Source: an uncultured Gammaproteobacteria bacterium (GTDB lineage: Bacteria; Patescibacteriota; Microgenomatia; Daviesbacterales; UBA10151). Taken from it: DNA of 64,000 nt. The notes under the pieces are model-generated. The model was not told where the DNA came from. It worked only from the letters and a program-made list of their open reading frames with translations, and did not search any database. The position numbers and the translations under genes were made by a program. Positions 36,373 to 45,678 of the stretch are shown piece by piece; within the stretch, counting starts at the first letter, position 1, and the number at the start of each line of letters is the position of its first letter. The stretch lies in NCBI GenBank assembly GCA_964446685.1, contig CAYUPO010000001.1, positions 38,912 through 102,911 on the forward strand, given 5' to 3'.

Positions 36373-37920
36373 ATGTACAACGATAAACCAAACTATAGCT
36401 CCTCAAGACGCGGAGCATCATCATCAATCAGATCATCTTCCCAACCTTCAAGTGGTGGAGGATATTTTCGTAAACCAGGCGGAACTATGAGAACCACTAG
36501 TGGATCTTATAAAACACGTCCAGCCGGAGAAAATACGAATTCATATAAAACTCCGTCCCAATCATCAGCTAATTCATATTCAAGCAGACCTTCAACCAAT
36601 AGATCAGAAAGTACCGGTAACTCTTACTCAACCAGTCCGAGACCAAGCAGTGGATCTTCTTACCAAAACAGAGGATCAAATGCCGGATACCAAAGATCAT
36701 CTACCGGTTCATATGGCAGACCATCAAATGGATATTCACGTTCATCATCTTATGGCTCAAATAGTGGTGGCTATAATTCCAGACCAAGATTTGCTCCCCG
36801 AAGAGGACCAAAGACTCAGCTGGGTGGAGATGTTTCCATTTTTATTAAAAAGGCCCAGGTTTCAGAAGTAGAAGAAGTTATTCCACATAAAAGCTTTGAT
36901 GAATTTGATATCGCTGCTGCTTTAAAAGAAAATATTGCTCAAAAAGGTTTTACTCATCCAACACCGGTGCAGGATCAGGCAATTGAGCCAATTCTTGAAG
37001 GACGGGATTTAATTGGTTTGGCAAATACCGGAACTGGTAAAACAGGAGCTTTTTTGATACCTATTATCGACCGTATTTTTAAAGACCGTAATCACAAAGC
37101 TTTAATTATTGCTCCAACCAGAGAACTGGCAGTGCAGATCAATGATGAAATGAGATCTCTGGCAGCTGGTATGAAAATTTATTCAGCCCTAGTTATTGGC
37201 GGAGCAAATATGTACAGACAGATTCATGAAATCAGACGTAGTCCGCATGTAGTGATCGGAACCCCAGGAAGACTGAAAGATTTAGTTAAACAAAATGTGC
37301 TTCATTTGGAAGATTTTTCTATTATAGTCCTGGATGAAGTTGATCTGATGGTTGATATTGGATTTATCGAAGATGTTAAATACTTTATCTCAATGCTACC
37401 AAAGGAAAGACAGTCACTTTTCTTCTCAGCCACAATCTCACCCAAGATCAGAACTATTTTAGAAGCTTTTGTGAAAGATGCAGTGACTGTTTCTATTAAG
37501 AAACAAGTTTCTTCCGAAAATATTGAGCAAGATATCATCAGGGTCATCAATCCGGCTAAAAAAGTGGATCAGTTGCATGAGCTGCTGATCAAAGATGGCT
37601 TTGATAAAGTGTTAGTCTTTGGCAGAACAAAACATGGTGTTGAAAAGTTACAACAGGAGCTGACAACCAGAGGATTTAGAGTAGGTGCTATTCATGGAAA
37701 TAAATCACAGGGTCACAGACAACGAGTTTTACAAAGCTTTAAAAGAAACGAACTTCAGATATTACTTGCAACAGATGTAGCATCCAGAGGAATTGATATT
37801 GATAATGTTTCACATGTGATTAATTACGAATTACCTGAAACTTATGAAGACTATATTCACCGGATTGGAAGAACCGGACGAGCCGGAAAAACCGGATCTG
37901 CATTTACTTTCATCGGTTAA
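36373..37920 (+). CDS. DEAD-box ATP-dependent RNA helicase with ~150-aa N-terminal Ser/Tyr/Gly/Arg/Asn-rich low-complexity domain
   Basis: Q-motif GFTHPTPVQ, motif I ANTGTGKT, Ia PTRELA, II DEVD, III SAT, VI HRIGRTGR. N-terminus ...NSYKTPSQSSANSYSSRPSTNRSESTGNSYSTSPRPSSGSSYQNRGSNAGYQRSSTGSYGRPSNGYSRSSSYGSNSGGYNSRPRFAPRRG. Confidence 0.85.
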   Translation: MYNDKPNYSSSRRGASSSIRSSSQPSSGGGYFRKPGGTMRTTSGSYKTRPAGENTNSYKTPSQSSANSYSSRPSTNRSESTGNSYSTSPRPSSGSSYQNRGSNAGYQRSSTGSYGRPSNGYSRSSSYGSNSGGYNSRPRFAPRRGPKTQLGGDVSIFIKKAQVSEVEEVIPHKSFDEFDIAAALKENIAQKGFTHPTPVQDQAIEPILEGRDLIGLANTGTGKTGAFLIPIIDRIFKDRNHKALIIAPTRELAVQINDEMRSLAAGMKIYSALVIGGANMYRQIHEIRRSPHVVIGTPGRLKDLVKQNVLHLEDFSIIVLDEVDLMVDIGFIEDVKYFISMLPKERQSLFFSATISPKIRTILEAFVKDAVTVSIKKQVSSENIEQDIIRVINPAKKVDQLHELLIKDGFDKVLVFGRTKHGVEKLQQELTTRGFRVGAIHGNKSQGHRQRVLQSFKRNELQILLATDVASRGIDIDNVSHVINYELPETYEDYIHRIGRTGRAGKTGSAFTFIG

Positions 37921-37978
37921 AGAAAATCCCAGGCAATCTGTCTCCGTCTGACAAATCACCCAGGATATTTTCTTTTCC

Positions 37979-38455
37979 TTACATCATCTTATGACCGAAA
38001 TCTCGGGTCTTTTTTTCTCCGCGCATCATAATCAGTGAAAGGTCTATTCCCTGGGTCTTAGCCCAATTTTCTAACTCAGTTTTATGAGCTTCCATTTTTT
38101 GCCTTCGTTGTTCTGGAGTCAGATTTCTGAAATCTTCCCTTTCCGACTGTTTTTGATTCCTGAATTCTTCCAGTTTGGCAATAATTGCCTGCTTCTGAGT
38201 ATCTGTTATTTTGCCATCCGCCACTAACTGACTCAATCTTTCTTCCTGAGTTTTTTTCATTTCAGTCAGATGTTCAGTATGAACCTGATCAAATGCTGAT
38301 TTTACTTTATCTTCCGGAAGTCCAAGTTTTTGCGCCAATTTTTGAACCATATTGTTGTGTGTGCCGGGAGACTGGGCAAAGGTATTGGTTGATACAAAAG
38401 CAGTAGCACCAACTATAGTTAAAACAGCGGCTCCAATAATAAATGTTTTTCTCAT
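37979..38455 (-). CDS. Secreted LTXXQ-motif protein (CpxP/Spy family-like periplasmic stress protein)
   Basis: Signal peptide. Helical. LTPEQRRQ and LTEMKKTQEE motifs. Directly downstream and co-oriented with the HK/RR pair. Confidence 0.45.
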   Translation of the reverse strand: MRKTFIIGAAVLTIVGATAFVSTNTFAQSPGTHNNMVQKLAQKLGLPEDKVKSAFDQVHTEHLTEMKKTQEERLSQLVADGKITDTQKQAIIAKLEEFRNQKQSEREDFRNLTPEQRRQKMEAHKTELENWAKTQGIDLSLIMMRGEKKTRDFGHKMM

Positions 38456-38507
38456 TACTCACCACCTTTCAATAGAATAATAATATTACTTAAAGCTGAG
38501 ATAAAGC

Positions 38508-39572
38508 TTAAAATTGAGTGGGCTTCGGCAGATAGATAGTAAAAGTAGTGCCTTTATTTTCAGTAGATTTTACCTCAATTTTTCCTTCATTTGAGACAAT
38601 AATTTTTTTAGCAATTGAAAGCCCTAAACCAAAACCTTTGGAATTATTTTTATTCCGTGAAGTATCACTCCGGTAAAATCTATTGAATATAAGCGGTAGC
38701 TCTTTTTTTGGAATACCAATCCCCTGGTCTGAAACAGCAATAAAAATCATTCCATCTTTTTTCCCACTATTTAAGCTGATTGTAGTATTTTTTTCAGAAT
38801 ACTTAATGGCGTTATCAAGTAAAATTACCAGACAATCAGTTAAAGATTTAAAATTACCCTGCAAAATCTCATTACCAGTTTTATTTTCTATTACAATATG
38901 TTTGTCTTTGGCTAAGGGTATAACTTTCTTTAAGGCTGCAATCGTTAAATCAACAGCTTTTATACTTTCTAAAGCAGAGTGATTTTTTTGTTCATGATTT
39001 TGTGAAAGTGTTAATAACGATTCTGATAGATGCACTAAAGAATTTACTTCTTCAAGATTTGATTGCAATAATTTTTTTGAATCATTTAGTGATAAATTTT
39101 TGTCCCTTAAATTAACTTCTAGTTCTGTTTTTAAAGCGGTTAAAGGTGTTTTTAACTCATGAGAAGCATCTGAGATAAACTGATTTTGCTGTTTGACCAT
39201 TTCATCAATAGGTCTTAATGTTCTTCCGGCCAGAAAATATCCAAGTGTTCCAGAAGAAAATAAAATACCCAGATTTAGTAAAAGCAGTGTTAGTCTAATT
39301 CTTCTTTTTGACTCTTCAATAAAAGATCCCTCAGCCAGTCGTCTTTCCAATTCATTTCGGATTTCATCAGGTAACTCTGTAACAAAAGGGTCTCTTAATT
39401 TATTTTCCAGTCGTCTTTGTTGCTGTTGGTCAAACCGGTTTAGCTCATTGGTTGCAATCTCATATATCCCAACTGAAAAAGCAGCACTGATAATCAGTAT
39501 CAGCATGACGTACCAGGCAGTTAACTTAACTCTCGCAATTTGAAAAACAGACGAAGGAAAACGAATATTCAT
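38508..39572 (-). CDS. Sensor histidine kinase (HisKA + HATPase_c) with two TM helices
   Basis: H-box ISDASHELKTPLTALK. G-boxes GFGLGLSIAKKII. N-terminal TM pair flanking a short periplasmic loop. Confidence 0.8.
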   Translation of the reverse strand: MNIRFPSSVFQIARVKLTAWYVMLILIISAAFSVGIYEIATNELNRFDQQQQRRLENKLRDPFVTELPDEIRNELERRLAEGSFIEESKRRIRLTLLLLNLGILFSSGTLGYFLAGRTLRPIDEMVKQQNQFISDASHELKTPLTALKTELEVNLRDKNLSLNDSKKLLQSNLEEVNSLVHLSESLLTLSQNHEQKNHSALESIKAVDLTIAALKKVIPLAKDKHIVIENKTGNEILQGNFKSLTDCLVILLDNAIKYSEKNTTISLNSGKKDGMIFIAVSDQGIGIPKKELPLIFNRFYRSDTSRNKNNSKGFGLGLSIAKKIIVSNEGKIEVKSTENKGTTFTIYLPKPTQF

Positions 39573-40252
39573 TAGCGTTTTTCCCCAAGTTTATAACCAA
39601 AACCTCTAATTGTATGAATTAAAGGCGCCTGGTTGATAAAGGATTTATCAATTTTTTGTCTGAGATAACCAATATATACTTCAACTGTATTAGGCAAAAC
39701 ATCAGCATCATAATCCCAGACATGCTGAATTATCTGATCTTTAGATAAAATTTGGTTAGGATGGCGAATCATATATTCGAGAAGTGCAAATTCTTTTTGA
39801 GATAACTGGATAGTTCTTTGATCTCTTTTTACTTCAAATGTTTTCGTGTTTAAAGACAGATCATTTAAACTTAAGTTATCATTTAGAACATCTTTGGGAC
39901 GGCGACTTAAAGCTCGGACCCTGGCCAAAAGTTCCTCAAAAGCAAAAGGTTTTGGCAAATAATCATCTGCCCCGGCATCAAAACCAGCTATTTTATCTTC
40001 GAGCATGCCTTTGGCTGTTAACATCAGTATTGGAGTAAATTTTTTAGCTTCCCGTAATTTACGGCAGATCTCAAACCCATCCATTTTAGGTAACATCACA
40101 TCTAAAATTAAAACATCGTAATCCTCTGTAGATGCTAAATTGTACCCATCCTCTCCGTCATGGGAGATATCCACTACAAACTTTTCCTGCTCCAACCCTT
40201 TTTTCAAAGAAGCGGCGATTTTGTACTCATCTTCCACAATTAATAATTTCAT
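39572..40252 (-). CDS. OmpR-family response regulator (REC + winged-helix)
   Basis: MKLLIVEDE...DVLILDVMLPKMDGFEICRKLR receiver. C-terminal wHTH ...GYLRQKID...TIRGFGYKL. Confidence 0.85.
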   Translation of the reverse strand: MKLLIVEDEYKIAASLKKGLEQEKFVVDISHDGEDGYNLASTEDYDVLILDVMLPKMDGFEICRKLREAKKFTPILMLTAKGMLEDKIAGFDAGADDYLPKPFAFEELLARVRALSRRPKDVLNDNLSLNDLSLNTKTFEVKRDQRTIQLSQKEFALLEYMIRHPNQILSKDQIIQHVWDYDADVLPNTVEVYIGYLRQKIDKSFINQAPLIHTIRGFGYKLGEKR

Positions 40253-40297
40253 GAAGTTATTATACTCTTATTTACTGAGTAATTCCTGAGGATAGGT

Positions 40298-41812
40298 TTA
40301 AAAACCGGGGAAATAATCTGTTTTAATTTGCAGTTTTGGAACCCCTAAATCAGCCAATGTTTTTTCAAAAGCAGCCACCATTCCGTGTGGACCCGAGATA
40401 TAAAAAGTTCGGTCTTTAAAATCCGGAACATATTTTTGGATCTTTTCAGCAGTTAAAAAACCTCTGTCTCCTGTCCAATCAACAGGTAGTTGGGATTCAT
40501 CACTTAAAGAATAAATTGTTTTTAACCCGATTTCATTTGCAGCCTGAGAAAAAATATTTTGATAAGCTATCTCCTCTTTGGTTTTATTTGAATAAAACAA
40601 AACGATATCTCTTTTTTGTTTAATGTCAATTAAATATTTGATCATACTTCTAAAAGGCGTCACACCAATCCCACCTGCAATAAATACCAGTTTTTTAGAT
40701 GCATCTTCAGGTAATGTAAAATCTCCTGCCAGATTACCTATAGAAATATTTTTTCCGGGAGTAAGTTCTGATAAAGCTTTTTTAAACTCACTTGGATTCG
40801 GATAAAATTTTACTCCCAATTCAATATCCATTTCGGTTGGGGATGAGGCAATTGTAAAATAACGTCTGTTGCCACGGGAATCATAATGTTTCTGTGGTAA
40901 TGTCCATTCAATATATTGACCAGGTAAAAATGATAACTGCCTGTTTGGTGAAAAAATAAATCCAAAAGTATCTTTTGCCAGATCTATTTTTTGTTTAAAA
41001 GTGGCTACCCTTTTACTAAAAGGAGAAATAAAGAAGCTAAATAAATTACCCATAATTAAAGCTGATTCAGGAGTGGTATACCAAGATCCAATATGGACTT
41101 GCGGATTATATAAAATACCAACTAAGAGGCCATAGAATATTCTCGGCCATTTTCTGGCAGGAGTTGTAAAAGGCTCAGTTAACATCACTGTCGCCAGAAA
41201 TATTAAGGGAGTATTAATTAAAGTTCTTTGAAATAATGAGAATAAATCAGCTCCTTTAAAAAATCCCCCGATTAAAATACTACCCATTGCCGCAGCACCA
41301 AAAGCAATTATCAGATCAGGTCTGCGGATTTTTCTAACGATCAAAAAGCCACCTATTAAAACAGGAAAGAAAAACCATTTACTACCCACCCACCAGTTAG
41401 CAGACTGACCCAAAAAAGTTGAAGTCATTAGAACTGAGATTGCCACCGGATTGAACAGATGTTTTTTATCTATTGCCAATATAAACTTAGAAGCACTAAT
41501 CCAGATAGCAGCCCAGGCCAGGAAACCGAGGTCTTGAAAGGAACCAAGAGGGGGAATTATTAAAGTTAAAATAAGTGATGAAATATAGATAGATTCTGAA
41601 TTAGTAGTTGATTCAAAAAAATGTCCAAAAATGGTATTTGTCAGCCAGGCAACAGTGGTCAAAAGTACGGCAGTAAAAATAATCATCGGGCCGTTAAAAG
41701 GCAAAATACCTACAAAAGATAAGATAACTGCTTCAACCAATAAAAGTATTAAAAAGTACAGCACTAGCCTGTACATTGTTATTGAATTTAAAAAATTATC
41801 GATAAAATTCAT
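40298..41812 (-). CDS. Polytopic membrane protein with C-terminal ferredoxin-NADP reductase-like FAD/NAD(P)-binding domain
   Basis: About 8 N-terminal TM helices. C-terminal RRYFTIASSP (RxYS FAD motif) and FIAGGIGVTPFRSM (NAD motif). Start refined to ATG M11 (track start is TTG at 41842). Confidence 0.6.
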   Translation of the reverse strand: MNFIDNFLNSITMYRLVLYFLILLLVEAVILSFVGILPFNGPMIIFTAVLLTTVAWLTNTIFGHFFESTTNSESIYISSLILTLIIPPLGSFQDLGFLAWAAIWISASKFILAIDKKHLFNPVAISVLMTSTFLGQSANWWVGSKWFFFPVLIGGFLIVRKIRRPDLIIAFGAAAMGSILIGGFFKGADLFSLFQRTLINTPLIFLATVMLTEPFTTPARKWPRIFYGLLVGILYNPQVHIGSWYTTPESALIMGNLFSFFISPFSKRVATFKQKIDLAKDTFGFIFSPNRQLSFLPGQYIEWTLPQKHYDSRGNRRYFTIASSPTEMDIELGVKFYPNPSEFKKALSELTPGKNISIGNLAGDFTLPEDASKKLVFIAGGIGVTPFRSMIKYLIDIKQKRDIVLFYSNKTKEEIAYQNIFSQAANEIGLKTIYSLSDESQLPVDWTGDRGFLTAEKIQKYVPDFKDRTFYISGPHGMVAAFEKTLADLGVPKLQIKTDYFPGF

Positions 41813-41819
41813 ATTATTC

Positions 41820-42563
41820 CTATTGGACGACAAATCTAGCAAATCCTGTGGTCATGGTCGCAATTTTATTATACCCAATCATATATCCTTCACACATTGG
41901 CAGTTTTTCGATAAAATTAATTCCTTCTTCACCCATGGCAAAAGCAGCTGTGGCAAAACGGTCTGCTTCATAGATATTGGGGGCAATCACAGTCAGACTG
42001 GCAATTTCATTGGCAGATTGTTTTGAAATTGGATTATATATATGTGTTCCCCTTTCGTATGTGCCTGATGTTGCTACTCCTTCTGTTTCAACTTCGATTA
42101 CTTTTATTATTTCTAACGGACTGAAAGGGTTTTTGATTCCAACTTTCCAGGTCTTATTTTGACTATTTCTGCCGGACACCTGTATATCACCTCCAGCTGC
42201 TATATAAAAATTCTTGACTCCGAGTTTCTTTAATTTTATAGCAGCTTCATTTATTGCCCAGCCTTTAACTATGCCTGATGGATCAATTAATTTAATTATT
42301 GGATTAAATGAATCAAAAAAACCATTTGTATCCATCTTTGTTTGATCTGCCAAATCTAGAATTAATTTCATTTCCGGACTAAAGTTATTTTTTTTTATTT
42401 CCCCTTTATTTATCTGACTTATCTCACTATTTTTTTTGTAAGTACTAAACTTCTGATCAATTTTTCGGAAATAATTAAAAACTTTCTTAATTTTATTTTG
42501 ATCATTATCTCCTGGAATCTCCACAATAATGGGCATCCCCATAATTTGTTGTGTTTGCTTCAT
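41820..42563 (-). CDS. apbE: ApbE family FAD:protein FMN transferase (flavin transferase)
   Basis: GMPIIVEI, FSTYKKNSEISQIN, FFDSFNPIIKLIDPSGIVKGWAINEAA, IAAGGDIQVSG, WKVGIKNPF, VATSGTYERGTHIYNP, SLTVIAPNIYEADRFATAAF are all ApbE hallmarks. Start refined to ATG (MKQTQQ). Confidence 0.8.
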   Translation of the reverse strand: MKQTQQIMGMPIIVEIPGDNDQNKIKKVFNYFRKIDQKFSTYKKNSEISQINKGEIKKNNFSPEMKLILDLADQTKMDTNGFFDSFNPIIKLIDPSGIVKGWAINEAAIKLKKLGVKNFYIAAGGDIQVSGRNSQNKTWKVGIKNPFSPLEIIKVIEVETEGVATSGTYERGTHIYNPISKQSANEIASLTVIAPNIYEADRFATAAFAMGEEGINFIEKLPMCEGYMIGYNKIATMTTGFARFVVQ

Positions 42564-42564
42564 A

Positions 42565-42984
42565 TTAACTGGCCTGGGAAAGTGCTGATTTGAGTGATTC
42601 GATGAAAGCTTTACTAGTTTGGGTAGCACCAGCCACTATATCCACCTGATAGGTTTGAGCTTGCAACGCTTCCTGTATCAGATGAGGCATCGCCTGGGTA
42701 TTAATTCTTTCTGAAGTTCTCCGATCTGTTGGATATTCCAGAAACCTAACTTCACTAATTTTTCCATTCTTTATTGTTGCTTCAACCTGAACATTTCCAT
42801 AATAAGCATCAATACTTTTTCCCTTATAGATTCCAGTTTTGTATGCTTTTTCCGGTTCAGATTGGACTTCTGATATTTTGGGGGCTTTTACGACACCGTT
42901 ATCTTCTTCACCTTCCATTTTCTGAAGATAGACATAGCCAATAAATGCTGAAATGACTACCAAGGATAATATCCACTTTTTCAT
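42565..42984 (-). CDS. Membrane-anchored FMN-binding domain protein (predicted ApbE flavinylation substrate)
   Basis: N-terminal TM (WILSLVVISAFIGYVYL). C-terminal FMN_bind-like domain ending ...YQVDIVAGATQTSKAFIESLKSA (D-x-x-GAT-x-T flavinylation motif). Start refined to ATG M19. Confidence 0.6.
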   Translation of the reverse strand: MKKWILSLVVISAFIGYVYLQKMEGEEDNGVVKAPKISEVQSEPEKAYKTGIYKGKSIDAYYGNVQVEATIKNGKISEVRFLEYPTDRRTSERINTQAMPHLIQEALQAQTYQVDIVAGATQTSKAFIESLKSALSQAS

Positions 42985-43027
42985 CCTTTTATTGTACTGG
43001 AAAAAACCTGAGAATAAACTGGGTAAA

Positions 43028-43642
43028 TTAGTAGCCAACCGGAGTTTTGATGATAATCATCTGTATACGGGAAGGGTTTGGCTCCTTATTAAAAATTAGC
43101 AACTTACTGACAAAGCTACCCTCAACTCCATAAGCTTTTTTGGCGCGGTCTGATTCTAAAGGGAGTGTATGTTCGTAAATCCGTTTCATACCCTGGTCCA
43201 GATCTTTGACTATTTTTTGTGAACCGACAACCCAAATAATGTGAGGCGAACCATACGCATAACTTGGCAGATTGCTGCCTGAATTTGAAGCTATTATGAC
43301 TTTTCCATCTTCTGTGACAGCATGAACACTGCCTAAGGCCCATTCTGGACCGGCTCCCAGCTTTTGCATTTCAAGACCTTCCGTTTGACGACTCATCTGC
43401 ATTAGCTTTGGTTTTGTCGCATTATATTTGCCTGATTCATTAATTTCCTGGCTGATTCCTGATTCTTCCAAAGTTACTGAAGTATTCGTATGAACTTCAC
43501 TCCCCTGAGGAATAATATTTAATACTTTGGCTTTTGCTTCAGCCAACGATGGAACAACAAACGCGGTTATTCCATTTTGTTTGAGGGATATAATTGTCTT
43601 TTCAATTGCTGCATCACTGGCTGAGGTATTCCATCTGTCCAT
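43028..43642 (-). CDS. LUD (LutC-like) domain protein, tentative
   Basis: 204 aa soluble protein. General resemblance to DUF162/LutC. Weak assignment. Confidence 0.3.
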   Translation of the reverse strand: MDRWNTSASDAAIEKTIISLKQNGITAFVVPSLAEAKAKVLNIIPQGSEVHTNTSVTLEESGISQEINESGKYNATKPKLMQMSRQTEGLEMQKLGAGPEWALGSVHAVTEDGKVIIASNSGSNLPSYAYGSPHIIWVVGSQKIVKDLDQGMKRIYEHTLPLESDRAKKAYGVEGSFVSKLLIFNKEPNPSRIQMIIIKTPVGY

Positions 43643-43708
43643 ATGCTTTATTATAGCTATTTACTTTATTTTAGGAAGTAGTTACCTTTTTTGAAGTAAA
43701 AACTTTCT

Positions 43709-44380
43709 TTGCTTTCAATGATCCGGAGCTATATACTACTTTTCAGATTCAGTCAGATGAAATATTCCAAAGAAGATATTGAAAAAAATAATGCTCTCTA
43801 TCAAACATTTTTGCATATGCAGGTGGACGATGGATGGCCTTACTCTGATAAAATTGGTAACTTTGAATTACTAACCCGGATTGCCGATTACTCAGACTCC
43901 CCTATCTCACGTTCTTCAATCTTGGATGTTGGATGTGGCACGGGCGATCTATATGAATATCTGCTGCAGTTTGAGGATGTTGCCTATACCGGAGTAGATA
44001 TTTTCGAAAAAGGAATTGAAAAAGCTAAAATAAAATTTCCGAATGCATTATTTTTAATTGGTGATTTTTTAGATATCAACCTGACTTCCTTTGATTATGT
44101 TTTTTCAAGTGGAGCGATGACAACGAAACTGGCTAATGATAATTATCAGATCCTTTTTTCATGGGTTAAAAAAATGTGGAAATTAGCAAAAAAAGGTGTC
44201 GTTTTTAACTTACTGCTTGAAAGATACCCAGGTGAATATTCAAGCAGTCTTTTTGTCTACAATCGGCAAAAGGTTTTGGAACTCACAGCAAAAGCGGCCT
44301 CAACTGCCAAAATGAAAGTGATAGTGACAGATGCTGGATCAGGTGACGGAACTGAAGAGATGCATGTTTATTTATATTAA
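43709..44380 (+). CDS. Class I SAM-dependent methyltransferase
   Basis: Motif I ILDVGCGTGDLYEYL, motif II-like VDIFEKGIE, post-I acidic residue. Confidence 0.6.
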   Translation: MLSMIRSYILLFRFSQMKYSKEDIEKNNALYQTFLHMQVDDGWPYSDKIGNFELLTRIADYSDSPISRSSILDVGCGTGDLYEYLLQFEDVAYTGVDIFEKGIEKAKIKFPNALFLIGDFLDINLTSFDYVFSSGAMTTKLANDNYQILFSWVKKMWKLAKKGVVFNLLLERYPGEYSSSLFVYNRQKVLELTAKAASTAKMKVIVTDAGSGDGTEEMHVYLY

Positions 44381-45039
44381 TCTTTAATAACTTTTGGAAC
44401 CAAATACTTACTGAGATCATTGCCTTTTTCAGCATCACGAAGTAATTCGTCAGATACTAAATAATCTAAACCGACTACTGATGAATTACATTGATAGACA
44501 TCAGTATTTGCGTGATAATCAGCATATAATTGCGCTAATGCCTGGTTTGGAAATGGTCTTATATAAATTATTCGAGATATAGAAAAAATTGATGTTTCTT
44601 CCAGTGGTTTTGCTTCCGTAATGTGAGCGCCCCTAAAATCGGGGTCAGTTACCAAATATTCTGTAGTTTTTTTGACTCTTGTAGAACCAATACGCTCAGT
44701 GTATTTTAGATTTGAACCATGAATTTTACCTGTAATTTCATTAAATGTTTTTGGATCTAATCCCTCACTAGGTAATATTCCAGCTAAGTGTCTCATCCAT
44801 TCAGTTAATTGATAATTTGAGGCAAGTCCAGGCTGACCAGGCATATATAAACCAAATCTTACCTCTTCCCGCAAACCAGTAACATTTGCATAATCCATTC
44901 TTAAAACTTGGTGAACAGGACCAGTTACACCAACCTCAGGATCATTAGTTACTGTGTCAACTATTTGACGGTAAAGACTTTCTTTTTGATTACGAACAGA
45001 CATAGGGCTTATAGTACTTTTTTTCAGCTTATTTGTCAA
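44377..45039 (-). CDS. Hypothetical protein
   Basis: 220 aa, no recognisable motif. AT-rich. Confidence 0.3.
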   Translation of the reverse strand: MTNKLKKSTISPMSVRNQKESLYRQIVDTVTNDPEVGVTGPVHQVLRMDYANVTGLREEVRFGLYMPGQPGLASNYQLTEWMRHLAGILPSEGLDPKTFNEITGKIHGSNLKYTERIGSTRVKKTTEYLVTDPDFRGAHITEAKPLEETSIFSISRIIYIRPFPNQALAQLYADYHANTDVYQCNSSVVGLDYLVSDELLRDAEKGNDLSKYLVPKVIKD

Positions 45040-45041
45040 TC

Positions 45042-45629
45042 CTAAATGTCTTCAATATAGTAAGGAATAGGCTCTATCTCTGGTGTAAATAAATGATAAA
45101 GAAAGGTGATGTCTTCATCAGTATGTCGGATACAGCCCGAACTTCCCGGATCTTCATCTGATAGCTTAGAATAATCCCCTGCAACCCCATGCAGGCCAAA
45201 ACTACCTGGTAACTGCCAGTTGCACTGACCATAACATTCATCATAAGGGGATGGACCATAGGGGGCTTCTGGTGTAAACGGAATATCCAATGTCAGAAAA
45301 TATGGGGCGGTCTCTTGACTATCAGGGGTTGCTTGTTTAGCTGTAATCAGCCAATACTCCCGGCCTAATTTTTGCGGTAAAGGCGTTGGCCGCTTGAATG
45401 GAATTCCCGTTTTTACATTAAATGATCTACTTAAAATACTTCGTTCAATATTCCCAGTAACTCCGTGATAAAGCTTCTCAATCCCGGATTTTCTTTCCAG
45501 CATCATCCAATAACTGTTTTTTTGAATTACTGGCTGGGGCACTTCTTTTTTTGATGAAACTAAGAAAGCTATGAAAAATAGTCCTACCAAAAATATGATT
45601 AAAATAAGACCTATTATTTTATTTTTCAT
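45042..45629 (-). CDS. L,D-transpeptidase (YkuD) catalytic domain protein with N-terminal TM
   Basis: FGLHGVAGD...GSSGCIRHTDEDITFLYH fits the H...S-x-G-C-[IV]-R active-site motif. Confidence 0.55.
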   Translation of the reverse strand: MKNKIIGLILIIFLVGLFFIAFLVSSKKEVPQPVIQKNSYWMMLERKSGIEKLYHGVTGNIERSILSRSFNVKTGIPFKRPTPLPQKLGREYWLITAKQATPDSQETAPYFLTLDIPFTPEAPYGPSPYDECYGQCNWQLPGSFGLHGVAGDYSKLSDEDPGSSGCIRHTDEDITFLYHLFTPEIEPIPYYIEDI

Positions 45630-45678
45630 TTAAAGTATCTTACCAAATATTTTGATTAACAATGTTAAAATATAAGCC

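Noticed and set aside
40298-41812. Calling the membrane FAD/NAD protein a NOX/FRE ferric reductase or NqrF
   Set aside because: The TM domain lacks the paired His (bis-heme) pattern of ferric-reductase domains. There is no 2Fe-2S ferredoxin Cys cluster as in NqrF. Left as a generic membrane FNR-like oxidoreductase.
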